The position numbers and the translations under genes were made by a program. This document shows positions 52,893-62,376 of a stretch of DNA of 64,000 bases, one piece after another (the stretch's first letter is position 1; every line of letters starts with the position of its first letter). Source of the DNA: Acidobacteriota bacterium (GTDB lineage Bacteria > Acidobacteriota > UBA6911 > RPQK01 > JAJDTT01); the NCBI GenBank assembly GCA_965209055.1, contig OZ242374.1:4736001-4800000 (forward strand), given 5' to 3'. Under the pieces are notes generated by a model. It was not told the origin of the DNA. It was given only the letters and a program-made list of their open reading frames with translations, and searched no databases.

Positions 52893-53690
52893 GTGACGGA
52901 GAACATCCTGGCCCTCGATTTCGACGGCGTGATTTGTGACAGCGCCCGGGAATGCCTCTTCACCTCCTATTCGTGCTACGGACCGGTGGCGGGATTCCCT
53001 CCTGCCTCGATCCTGGAGGAGATCTCCCCGAGCGTGCGGGGACCTTTCTTCCGCATGCGCCCCTTCGTCCGTGACGGAAAGGACTACATCGTCATCCTGA
53101 ATCTCATCCTGGGTCAGGACTCGGTCTCCCGCCAGCAGGATTTCGACCGCCGTTCCCGGGAACTTCTGCCGGATCTCTGCGCCTCCATGGGAGTCTCCGA
53201 TCCCCGGGCCCTGGAGGAGGTGTTTCAGGAGCACCGGAGAACGCTGCGCCAAAGGGACGAGGCGGCATGGATGGAGATGAATCCCCTCTACGCCGGGGTG
53301 GAGGAAGGGCTCAGATCGTGCCGGAGACACTTCGGCCGGATCTATGTCACCACCTCCAAGCCCAGCGATGCGGCCGCCAAGATCCTCCAGTATCAGAAGA
53401 TCGATCTCGCCACCGACCACGTCTACGGATATGACCGGGTCCGCCGCGCCCGGGGCAAGAACGGGCACCTGGCCCATCTGCATGAGCTGACGGGCGCGCC
53501 CTACTCCCGCATCCACTTCGTCGACGACCAGGTTTCCCACCTGCAATCGGCATCGGAGCTGGGCGTCGGCTGCTACCACGCCACCTGGGGATACACGACC
53601 CCGGAACAGGTCAAGGACGGGATCTCCGCCTCGGTGACTCCCCTGCAGGAAGAATCGGCGGCCGCCTGGATGAGGCGGCTGCTGGACTGA
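52893..53690 (+). CDS. HAD superfamily hydrolase
   Basis: ALDFDGVICDS, VTTSK, FVDD, ATWGY. Confidence 0.85.
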   Translation: MTENILALDFDGVICDSARECLFTSYSCYGPVAGFPPASILEEISPSVRGPFFRMRPFVRDGKDYIVILNLILGQDSVSRQQDFDRRSRELLPDLCASMGVSDPRALEEVFQEHRRTLRQRDEAAWMEMNPLYAGVEEGLRSCRRHFGRIYVTTSKPSDAAAKILQYQKIDLATDHVYGYDRVRRARGKNGHLAHLHELTGAPYSRIHFVDDQVSHLQSASELGVGCYHATWGYTTPEQVKDGISASVTPLQEESAAAWMRRLLD

Positions 53691-54196
53691 CTTCCGGCGA
53701 TCAGGAGTTCTCGCTCAGCTTCGGCTCGGCCTGCCCGGCCGGACCGGAGGAATAATCCTCATTGCTCCGAGTCGGACGCCGGAGCACGCCTCGGTTCAGC
53801 GCTTCCAGGCATTGGCCCGATCCCGGAGCCGGGTTGGAGACACATCGGACTCTGCGGTCGCCAATGATGGCGACTTCGGGCGAAATCGCACAGGTTTGTC
53901 ACAATATAGACCCAATTTGTCATTCCCATATCATCTTTTACCAAAACAGCTCAAATTTATTTCGTTACGCTGTACGGTAAGTGTTATATATCGCAGTGGG
54001 TCGCTCACCGAAGATCCCTCGATCCCAATTCAGTAAACAGCAAAAGAAGCTCCGCCCTCTCTTTTTCTCACAAACGTCGTTCGGGCAAACCGGACGAGAC
54101 CGAGGGGGGAGGGCCGCCCCGGGGATACGACGATGGCCGGAAGAAATTCGCTGGACATCCGATCTCCTGGATTGACGCCCCGAGAGTTGCCGGTCC

Positions 54197-57013
54197 ATGC
54201 CAAAGAGAGCCTGCCGGAGGTCCGGCGGCCGGAGTCGACATCGACAGCCCGCACCGATTGTCCTGCTCGCCCTGTTCGTCTTGTGGGGACCGACTGAAGC
54301 GTGGTCGCAAGCCACCGGTGTTTGCGACCGGACCCCACAGGTTCGAGACGCGATTCTAGGGCGGCTCACACCAGGCACGGCCTGCGGCGACGTAACTGCC
54401 CAGCAACTGGCAGGAATCAACCAACTGACCCTTTCGGACAGTGAGATCGATGCGTTTCAATCCGACGACTTTTCGGGTCTCACGAGCATGCAGTTCCTGA
54501 ATATCACAGGCACCAGTATTACCACGCTGCCGGCGGGCGTTTTCGAAGACCTTGGCCAGTTGGAGGTCCTGACCATCAACCGAAATTCTCTCCTGACTAC
54601 AGTGCCGTCGGGCGCGTTCAGGGGCCTCACCAGCATGGTGCATTTCAATTTCTACGTAAACGGACTGACTACGCTGCCGTCGGACGTGTTCAACGGTCTC
54701 CCGAGTCTCCTGCGTCTTTACATCCATACCAACGCGCTGGCAACGGTGCCGCCGGACCTGTTCAGCGGCCTGACCAACCTGGAAGAACTGGAAATGGGAT
54801 TTAATCCTCTGACAGCAGTTCCGGCCGGCCTGTTCAGAGGTCTCTCCGCGCTTCAGAAGCTCACTATGCAAAACAACCTGTTGCGGACATTGCCGGATGG
54901 GATATTCGTCGGCCTCACCAGCCTGCAGTTGTTGTACCTGAGCGGCAACCAGCCCGACGATCCCGATTCGCTCTTCCCATTCCTATTCACCTTCCCACAA
55001 GAGGGAACCGCGACTGAGGAACAGGCCACGGTGCGCGTCCGCCTGGGGTTGGGCGTTCCCCTGCCAATGTTGCAGTTGTCCTTGTCGGCAGAAGGAGGCA
55101 CCGTGTCGCCCGCAGTGGTGTCTATCGCGCAAGGCGAGACCGAGAGTGCGCCGGTCACCGTGACGCGTACCGGGGACGGACCCGTCACTCTCATACTTAC
55201 TGGCCTGAGCGCGGACTTGAGCTGCACCATTACCTCCGTCTGCTGGAGCGGGTTCCGCTTCACCTACAGGCCACTCACTTTGTGGGAGGGTCCGGCGGGG
55301 ACCCCGATCGACGACAGCGACGACGTCCCGGGTTCCCAACTGCTGTTCATCACCGACACGGGGACCAGCGCCCGGGACCAGGCGGGGACCGGCATCCCGG
55401 CCTCTCGGAGTGTCTCGGACCTGTTGGGGACGACGGAGGCCGCTCAGAAGAACTTCATCTCCGTTGCCAACACCAGCGAGCACCGGGCGGTGACGGTGCT
55501 GTTTCAATATCACAACGACGAGATGAAACGTGTTCTCTGGTACCTGCGGGTTCTGAGGGCCGGCGCCGCGGTCCTGGTCGATCCCTTCGATCACGAGATT
55601 CCAGGCACTGCTGACGGAGAGGGCGCCGGGGGGAGGGTGAACATCAAGGATATCCTCTTCGACACGATCCCGGCTCTGAGTTCCGAAGAGGATGCCGGCT
55701 TCAATTCCGGGCGATTCGTGATTGCCGTCACGGCGGTGGGTGCAAACACGGTCGACGATCCCGACACCAGCGACAACGAAAGCAATACGGCTGACACGGC
55801 GAACATCCTCTTCCCCACATTCCTGGCCAAGGACCTGCACGGGGTGGACAACATCGACAATTGCGGGGAGATCAGGACGGCCGTCGGCGCCACCGACGAA
55901 GACAACAACCTCGAATACACCCGGCATGGCATTGACGGAGCCAATGATTGCTCCCAAGCGAGCGACGCTGCCGGTGCCGACGATACCTCCAGGAACGTCG
56001 GCGACTTGAGCATCCACAACTACCATCCCCTGGCTTTCAACTGGTTGACCGGCCACCACACGGCGGCCCAGCTCCTTCCGGACCTGGGCGAGGGGATCGC
56101 CTGGGGCGTGAACGCCTTGACGCGACCGGCCATTGCGACCTCCGGGGCGGCGAGTGCGGTTCACATCGGAATCGACGTCCCTTATACCGTCCTGGACGGC
56201 GCGAACGGGGGTCGTTTGGCCCCCAAGGTGCATGGGGGCGCCGAGGAGGAGAACGCCGCGACCGACGACGACAACCGAGCCGACGACAGCGGCGCCGGGT
56301 CTCCCGTGGCCCAGGATCCGACGGCCTCGGAGAACAACCGAGTCGTCAACGGCGGGGCGCTTGTATGGCCGGCCCTGTACCGGACCGTCCACCAGGAGCA
56401 GCGGGTCCGGTTCCTGTCCGTGGCGGATGACTACGGCGACCCTGGCGAGTACCAACTCCTTGCCGCCAGGACTCTGTACAGGATCGCGCTCCACGATGCC
56501 ATGGGAAATGTATTGTCGTTCCCCGAGACGGATCTCCCAGTGTTCGGTGGACTGCCCCTTCCCGAGCCTCCGCCGAGCCTCCATGTCCTGGTGGATGGGA
56601 TCGGAGTCCTGCCCAATGCTTCTCCGGCGGATTGCATTGGGAATGCCCGGGTCGAAGGTTGGAGCTTGGCCGACCTGACGGACATCGTCCCCTCGGCGGC
56701 CGCCGGTGGGACCGGCTTTGCGGGTCTGGACGCCCCGGTCGATCCGGAGACGAACGCTTCATCGGGGTGGGTGAGGTTCCACCGCGCCCAGGTCACATGC
56801 ACCAGGGACTTTGGAGACGGAGACCCTTCCGACAGCGTGATTGAGATTCCCGATGGCGTTCCGACCCAGGACAAGAGGTCGTTCATCGGCGGCACCGTGG
56901 TGGTGGAGAAGGAGACGGCGAACCGCACCTTCGTCACGGCGGGGCAAGTCGTCGTGAGATTCCTGACCCCGCACTCGGCATTCGGGGCCTCCTGGTGGCT
57001 GGGCGAAGATTAG
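54197..57013 (+). CDS. Secreted leucine-rich repeat surface protein with long acidic C-terminal region
   Basis: Signal peptide, GVCDRTPQVRDAI cap, about seven 24-aa LRRs (LxxLPxxxFxGLxxL). Confidence 0.85.
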   Translation: MPKRACRRSGGRSRHRQPAPIVLLALFVLWGPTEAWSQATGVCDRTPQVRDAILGRLTPGTACGDVTAQQLAGINQLTLSDSEIDAFQSDDFSGLTSMQFLNITGTSITTLPAGVFEDLGQLEVLTINRNSLLTTVPSGAFRGLTSMVHFNFYVNGLTTLPSDVFNGLPSLLRLYIHTNALATVPPDLFSGLTNLEELEMGFNPLTAVPAGLFRGLSALQKLTMQNNLLRTLPDGIFVGLTSLQLLYLSGNQPDDPDSLFPFLFTFPQEGTATEEQATVRVRLGLGVPLPMLQLSLSAEGGTVSPAVVSIAQGETESAPVTVTRTGDGPVTLILTGLSADLSCTITSVCWSGFRFTYRPLTLWEGPAGTPIDDSDDVPGSQLLFITDTGTSARDQAGTGIPASRSVSDLLGTTEAAQKNFISVANTSEHRAVTVLFQYHNDEMKRVLWYLRVLRAGAAVLVDPFDHEIPGTADGEGAGGRVNIKDILFDTIPALSSEEDAGFNSGRFVIAVTAVGANTVDDPDTSDNESNTADTANILFPTFLAKDLHGVDNIDNCGEIRTAVGATDEDNNLEYTRHGIDGANDCSQASDAAGADDTSRNVGDLSIHNYHPLAFNWLTGHHTAAQLLPDLGEGIAWGVNALTRPAIATSGAASAVHIGIDVPYTVLDGANGGRLAPKVHGGAEEENAATDDDNRADDSGAGSPVAQDPTASENNRVVNGGALVWPALYRTVHQEQRVRFLSVADDYGDPGEYQLLAARTLYRIALHDAMGNVLSFPETDLPVFGGLPLPEPPPSLHVLVDGIGVLPNASPADCIGNARVEGWSLADLTDIVPSAAAGGTGFAGLDAPVDPETNASSGWVRFHRAQVTCTRDFGDGDPSDSVIEIPDGVPTQDKRSFIGGTVVVEKETANRTFVTAGQVVVRFLTPHSAFGASWWLGED

Positions 57014-57255
57014 GCCGGACCGAATCGGCAGTTGCGACGGCTCATGTCCAAGGATCGGAGGGCTTGCGTTGGAGAGGAAAACGACAGCGCAAGAACTCAA
57101 GCAAGAACCAATGCCCACCACAAAACCCGGCAGGGAATGTTTCCGTGTTTTCAGCCCGCCGCTCTTCGGCCTGCGAGGGTGTCTTGTCCAGAACGGCCCG
57201 TTCCCGCCTTGACGCGCCTCCATATCAGGGGGGTCATCGCCGTCGCGGCCGCCGC

Positions 57256-57540
57256 CTAGTCTGAGGAGTGTTCCGCTGATGTCCGGCGCGCCGGCCGGAC
57301 CGGAGGCGTCTTCTCGGCGGTTCGATCCCGGAGCGACCTCAGTTCCCGGACCAGTGCCTGCTGCACCCGGGTCTGCTCCTGAATTGCCCGGGCCACCGCG
57401 TCCAAACGGGGCTTGATCCCGAAAATCGCGAAAGGCACCAGGCACCAGATCAGACCCAGCACGACACACAGACACAGAATCAGAACGAACGAGCTTCCCA
57501 GGATGAAACCCAGGACGTCCATGATCGGCTCGGCATTCAT
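57256..57540 (-). CDS. Small membrane protein
   Basis: Hydrophobic N-terminus, LVPFAIFGIKPRLD, coiled tail. Confidence 0.6.
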   Translation of the reverse strand: MNAEPIMDVLGFILGSSFVLILCLCVVLGLIWCLVPFAIFGIKPRLDAVARAIQEQTRVQQALVRELRSLRDRTAEKTPPVRPARRTSAEHSSD

Positions 57541-57594
57541 CGCAGGCACTCCCGCATACGGCGGACCGAGAGATGCGAAGGAACCGGAAGTGAT

Positions 57595-58455
57595 TTAACC
57601 GGCCGGCTCCAGAACGTGGGCGAATTCCTCCCGCCGGACCTGATCGCCGAACAGGACCGGGGCGCATCCTTCCAGGTCGTAGAGAAACATGGCTCGCGTG
57701 GCCTGATCCGGATCGATATCCCGAACCAGAAGCGCCTCTTCTCCCAGCCCGGTTTCTCCCACCACCTGCCCGTCCGGGGCCACGACCAGGCTGGTGCTGT
57801 TCTGATGCTCCTCGTAGCAGCAGTTGCAGGAAGCGACCCAAACCGTGTTCTCGGCCGCTCGAGCGACGATCAAGGAACGGTGAATCGGGATTTTCCAAGC
57901 GGCCGGGCGCGTGGTGTTGTTCTGAGGATGAAAGACCAGTTGGACTCCCTGGGAGACACACTCGCGCGTGGCCTCGGGAAACCGGAATCCCTCGAAGCAG
58001 ATGACGACCCCCACCCGGACTCCCCACAGCTCATAGGTCTCGAAGCGGGTCCCGGGGATATAGGCGGTGGCGTCCAGGGGAGTCAGCCGGACCTTGTGGT
58101 GGGCCCCCAGAATCTGGCCTTTTTCGGAAACGACCAGAGCCGAATTGTAGGGTTTCCCCAGCACCGGATCCTCCGGGTTGGGGATTTCGGTCCCCAGGAT
58201 GCAGGCCATTCCCAATTCTCCGCAGCGCTCGGCCACCTGCCGATGGAGCCGGGAAAGATGGTCCGCCGGCACCGGCCGCTGCGGGGGCGGCGGCGTCACG
58301 TCGACGCGGTAGCCGACGGTGTGAGTCTCGGGAAAGCAAAGGATCTGCACGCCCCGGGCCGCAGCCTCCTCCATGAACCGGAAGACGGTCCGGGCGTTGA
58401 TCTGAAGGTCGTCCACCTGCCTGGCCTGAGCCAGCCCAATCCGGATTGAAGCCAT
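57595..58455 (-). CDS. Carbon-nitrogen hydrolase (nitrilase superfamily)
   Basis: CFPE, HHKVRL, VICFE (E-K-C triad), ARAAEN. Confidence 0.9.
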   Translation of the reverse strand: MASIRIGLAQARQVDDLQINARTVFRFMEEAAARGVQILCFPETHTVGYRVDVTPPPPQRPVPADHLSRLHRQVAERCGELGMACILGTEIPNPEDPVLGKPYNSALVVSEKGQILGAHHKVRLTPLDATAYIPGTRFETYELWGVRVGVVICFEGFRFPEATRECVSQGVQLVFHPQNNTTRPAAWKIPIHRSLIVARAAENTVWVASCNCCYEEHQNSTSLVVAPDGQVVGETGLGEEALLVRDIDPDQATRAMFLYDLEGCAPVLFGDQVRREEFAHVLEPAG

Positions 58456-58542
58456 TGGCGTTTCCCCCCTTTTTCCTCGAATCCTACCACTTCTCTCCTC
58501 TTTGCTCTCCGAACGGTTTATTCTGAAAACCGGAGGGACAAC

Positions 58543-59295
58543 ATGAACAGGATCGATCTGACAGGAAAGAACGCGGTTGTTACCGGAGGGGCCCGTGGCA
58601 TCGGCTATGCCATTGCCCGGCGCCTCCTGGATTCGGGAGCAGCCTGCTGCATTTGGGACATCAATGAGGAGACCGCGGCGGCAGCGGCGGATCGACTCGG
58701 GGAAAAGGGAGCCTGCAGCTTCCGGACGGTCGATCTGACCCGGGCGGATCAGGTCGATGCCGTTGCCGAGAGCACCCGCAGCGATTTGGGGTCCATCGAC
58801 ATTCTGGTGAACAATGCCGGCGTCGCCGGCGCCACCAAGCCCCTCTGGGAGTATGACCCACAGGAGTGGCATTGGGTCGTCGAGGTCGACCTGTTCGGCG
58901 TCTATCACTGCTGCCGCTCGGTGGTCCCCATGATGCTGGACCGGGGCTGGGGCCGAATCGTGAGCATCGCCTCCATCGCCGGCAAGGAGGGGAACCCCAA
59001 CGCCTCCCACTACAGCTCCGCCAAGGCGGGTGTCATCGGCCTGACCAAGGCCCTGGGCAAGGAACTGGCCACCAGCGGAATCCTGGTGAATTGCGTGACC
59101 CCGGCCGTGATCGAGACCGACATGCTGAAACAGTTGACCCAGCAGCACATCGACTACATGCGCTCCAAGATCCCGATGGACCGCTTCGGAAAGACCGAAG
59201 AGGTGGCGGCGCTGGTGGCCTGGCTTTCGTCCCCGGACTGTTCGTTCAGCACCGGCGGCGTGTTCGATATCTCGGGCGGGCGGGCCACCTACTAG
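58543..59295 (+). CDS. SDR family oxidoreductase
   Basis: TGGARGIG, NNAG, YSSAK, DISGGRATY. Confidence 0.92.
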   Translation: MNRIDLTGKNAVVTGGARGIGYAIARRLLDSGAACCIWDINEETAAAAADRLGEKGACSFRTVDLTRADQVDAVAESTRSDLGSIDILVNNAGVAGATKPLWEYDPQEWHWVVEVDLFGVYHCCRSVVPMMLDRGWGRIVSIASIAGKEGNPNASHYSSAKAGVIGLTKALGKELATSGILVNCVTPAVIETDMLKQLTQQHIDYMRSKIPMDRFGKTEEVAALVAWLSSPDCSFSTGGVFDISGGRATY

Positions 59296-59347
59296 CCAAG
59301 ACCGGGAAGGATCCGGCGGAGGGGGCCGTAGCGGCGGGAAATGCGAA

Positions 59348-59378
59348 GGGCCCCGGCCTGGGGTCAGGCGCGGGGCCC
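59348..59378. terminator. GC-rich hairpin, possible terminator
   Basis: GGGCCCCG-GCCTG...CAGGC-G-CGGGGCCC between convergent units. Confidence 0.5.
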
Positions 59379-59459
59379 AGAAAGGAATGGTTTCGGTGGC
59401 GTTGGGTCCCCTTCCCTCAGGAAACCCTCCTTGACACCACTTGACAAGAGTGGCTTCCG

Positions 59460-59504
59460 TTAGAAGGACGCCACCTCCGCCATACCATGTTTATCTATAT
59501 CCAC
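59460..59504 (-). CDS. Putative 14-aa small ORF MDIDKHGMAEVASF
   Basis: Full-length Shine-Dalgarno AAAGGAGGTGAT just upstream of GTG; TAA stop inside a hairpin. Confidence 0.5.
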   Translation of the reverse strand: MDIDKHGMAEVASF

Positions 59505-59619
59505 TGAATCACCTCCTTTCCGGGCAATACCCTCACTTAGCAAGACCCCTCCTGCTCGGCTCCGTGGGCCGCCCAAGTCCCTGGAACCGCCACCACTCCG
59601 ATGCCGGAGCCTGTGGAAC

Positions 59620-60513
59620 TCAACAATGTTCGACCATAGGCCGGCCGCTTGTCAAATACCGGCCCGCAAACCCATCGATGCCGACTCCGACCCGCCCTGG
59701 GAGGATGTCCCGGGCCACCTGGACCATACGGTCCCGGTAGGCGAGACCGATGGATTCCTTGTCGACCTGAATCATCGCTCGAGGCAACGCCGTCCTCAGC
59801 GTCCGTGACCCGTCGGGAGATCCGTCTCCCTCGACGAAATGGTCGATCACGACCCGGTCCGCGGCGTCGCCGATTCGGCGAAAGAATCGCTCCGGATCCC
59901 GGATGGGCAGCAGCGGAGAAACGGTGATCACGGTGAAAAGGCCGAGTCGCCGGAGCCGGCAAGCAGCCTCGAAGCGGTGATCGACGGAGCTGGCGTGGCC
60001 GGGCAGGCCGGGGACGGCGTCGAGATCGGTCTCGATGGAAATATGGATCCGAAGCCGGCAGCGCCGTGAGAGTTCCAGGTAGAGGTCGGAGTAGCCGGTC
60101 ACCCGGTGGGAGTGGGTCTGAAGCACCAACAGGTCGGGCGGCTGCTCCAACATGGCCTCCAGGACGCTGTCGGTGACACGGTACCGGGATTCCTGGGGCA
60201 GAAATGGCTCGGTGGAACTGGACAGGAAGACTCCGAAACGCTCTCTGCAGCGGCGGGCCCAGTTCCTTTCCCGCCGCCAGTGCCGCCGATAGGAAGCGGC
60301 AGCGTTCTCCCGGACCTCCAGGAAACTCCCCCAGGAGCGTCCCCGGGTCAGAAAGAAATTGTGCCGGACGTAGCAACCGGCGCCGCAGAGTGAGTTGCCG
60401 AAACTGCAGCCCCGATAGGGCTGGAGCGAGTGGGAAGTGACGGTCTTCAGGTAGCCGCTGGTCCGGGTGAGGACGTTTCCCACCTCCCGCAGGGTGACAT
60501 CCATCCTTCCCAC
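59620..60513 (-). CDS. Radical SAM protein, spore photoproduct lyase-like family
   Basis: LQPYRGCSFGNSLCGAGCY cluster motif, SSSTEPF, ISIETD. Confidence 0.85.
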   Translation of the reverse strand: MGRMDVTLREVGNVLTRTSGYLKTVTSHSLQPYRGCSFGNSLCGAGCYVRHNFFLTRGRSWGSFLEVRENAAASYRRHWRRERNWARRCRERFGVFLSSSTEPFLPQESRYRVTDSVLEAMLEQPPDLLVLQTHSHRVTGYSDLYLELSRRCRLRIHISIETDLDAVPGLPGHASSVDHRFEAACRLRRLGLFTVITVSPLLPIRDPERFFRRIGDAADRVVIDHFVEGDGSPDGSRTLRTALPRAMIQVDKESIGLAYRDRMVQVARDILPGRVGVGIDGFAGRYLTSGRPMVEHC

Positions 60514-60559
60514 TCTACGGGCTTCGAGGCGCGGGCTCCAGCGGGCGCGGTTGGAAGCT

Positions 60560-61159
60560 TCAGTTGATCGTGCTCTGACCCGGCACCGGCAGATCGTCGG
60601 GGAGGACGTTGCGGTTCACGGCCTGGTCCAGATCGATGACATAGGTGTGGGGAGACTCCAGCAGAATCGGCGAATGGGTCGCCGTGACGATGCGCATGTT
60701 CTTCTGATCCACCAGTTCCATGAGCATCTTGAGCACGCGGCGCTGGTTCGACTGGGACAGGGCCATCTCCGGCTCGTCCAGCAGGAGCACCGTCCCTTCG
60801 GGGAGCTTGGGAAACGACTCCTGGAAGAGCGAGAGCATGATCTGGCCGTGGCTCGCGACATGGAGGAATTCCAGCATCTGCGGCTCGTCCTTGAAGAGGT
60901 GCAACTGATTGCGGGGGTTGTGCTGCTCGGCGTCGAAGAGGCGAACCTCCCCGATCTCCACGTCCCGGGTTTCGAGACGATACGAATAGTGCTGCAGTCG
61001 TTCACCCCTAAGCGCATGGTAGATGGAATGAAGCAGCGTCGACTTCCCCGATCCGTTCTCTCCGCTCAGCATGATGAGGGGATGACGCAGATCGACGATC
61101 ATGGGCATGTGGAAGTTCAGGTTCATGAATATGGGATGAGTGAGGATTTTCAGGTACAT
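60560..61159 (-). CDS. Stand-alone ABC/AAA_21-type ATPase
   Basis: GENGSGKSTL, SHGQ, LLDEPE, ATHSP. Confidence 0.85.
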   Translation of the reverse strand: MYLKILTHPIFMNLNFHMPMIVDLRHPLIMLSGENGSGKSTLLHSIYHALRGERLQHYSYRLETRDVEIGEVRLFDAEQHNPRNQLHLFKDEPQMLEFLHVASHGQIMLSLFQESFPKLPEGTVLLLDEPEMALSQSNQRRVLKMLMELVDQKNMRIVTATHSPILLESPHTYVIDLDQAVNRNVLPDDLPVPGQSTIN

Positions 61160-61344
61160 GGTTTGCTCGACTCGTGGGTGACGATTCCGGCGGTGGACCC
61201 CGCCCCCAGAACAGACCGGGGGCCCCATGTTAGGAAGCGCGCCGGGAACCGTCAAGGAACGATGGTCCACACAACCAGCCTTGTGAGGTGGACCCGAAGG
61301 ACTCCCGAATCGAAGGTTGCTTCCATCCCTCACGCAGGAAGGGA

Positions 61345-61812
61345 TCAATTTCCCAGCAGGAGAGACAAGCGATCTCTGTTTTCAGTCCTGAAGGGATTCA
61401 GGAACTCGACTCCACCCAGGCGCCGGCCATCTTGCAGATCTTCGGTCAGAATCGACGAGCAGCGAGCACTCCGCGCGGCGGCCCAGAGCATCGCGTCCCA
61501 GAATGACAGTCCGTGTTCCTCCGCTGCTTCCATGGCATCGACCAATGCCACGTCGTCCGCTGAGGCGATATCGAATAGTCCGAGCCAATCTCGCACGAAA
61601 GCGCCCGCGTCGGCCGGACTGAGCAACCCTTTGCGGGTGGTCGCCCGAAAGAATTCCGCCAGCGACTGGATCGTCAGCACGCAGTCGCACTTCGCCGCGT
61701 GGCCCACCAAATCGACGGCTTCATGGTGCCGGAGTCCGCTATCGCGATCGACCGCGTACACCAGGATGTTGGTGTCCAGCGAGAAGCGTCTCGGGACAGG
61801 CCTAACCCGCAA
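61345..61812 (-). CDS. vapC: PIN-domain (VapC-like) toxin, 5-prime end probably disrupted
   Basis: SLDTNILVYA, SLAEF, SFWDAML, LTEDLQDG, NPF. Confidence 0.8.
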   Translation of the reverse strand: MRVRPVPRRFSLDTNILVYAVDRDSGLRHHEAVDLVGHAAKCDCVLTIQSLAEFFRATTRKGLLSPADAGAFVRDWLGLFDIASADDVALVDAMEAAEEHGLSFWDAMLWAAARSARCSSILTEDLQDGRRLGGVEFLNPFRTENRDRLSLLLGN

Positions 61813-61925
61813 TTCTACGCCTGCTGGTGCGTTTTGTGTCCCGGATACTTCGGCAGACGATGGACAGGTGCGGGAGAATGAGATTCATCTCGGAAACTCT
61901 TTCCTGAAGCGGGGGGCCATTCCGG

Positions 61926-62171
61926 TCAACGTTCATGGATCTCGTCACGCTCGATCCTCAGACCTCCGAGCGAGGCCCCCTTCCTCAGGCGGGTCATCAT
62001 CTGCCGGTAGGCCGCATTCCAGTTGGGGTCGGTGGTCTTGTCAGCCTGGTGGGGTACAAGCTCCGCAATCGGATGGCCTCTCCGGGTAATCAGGAATTCC
62101 TGACCGTTTTCAACCTCCTGCACCAGCTTCGAGAACTTCTGGTTGGCAACCCTCAAGGGAATGGTCCGCAT
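61926..62171 (-). CDS. Phd/YefM family antitoxin
   Basis: ANQKFSKLVQEVENGQEFLITRRGHPIAELVP. Confidence 0.9.
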   Translation of the reverse strand: MRTIPLRVANQKFSKLVQEVENGQEFLITRRGHPIAELVPHQADKTTDPNWNAAYRQMMTRLRKGASLGGLRIERDEIHER

Positions 62172-62376
62172 TGGGTTCTCCCTCTGTGACGCTCTATGTA
62201 GTATATACTACAAATTGGCCCGCCTGTCACCTTGCCACGGTACGTTGGAGGAGCGTATTCTGAGGGATCAAACCCGAATGGCCGGCGGGCGAGCGGCCGA
62301 TCGCGATCAGGAACCGGGCGCCGCTGAAGAGCCGGTGTGAAGGAAACAGTCTAAACGGCGAAAGCAGGAGTCGACC

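Noticed and set aside
57015-57255. Possible MITE between convergent genes
   Set aside because: No convincing terminal inverted repeats and no second copy in the window
59431-59446. Tandem TTGACA as an antisense sigma70 promoter
   Set aside because: No plausible -10 box at 16-18 bp spacing from either copy
59505-59520. ATCACCTCCTTT matching the 16S rRNA 3-prime end
   Set aside because: Only the anti-SD core matches and no other rRNA sequence flanks it; better read as an SD on the minus strand
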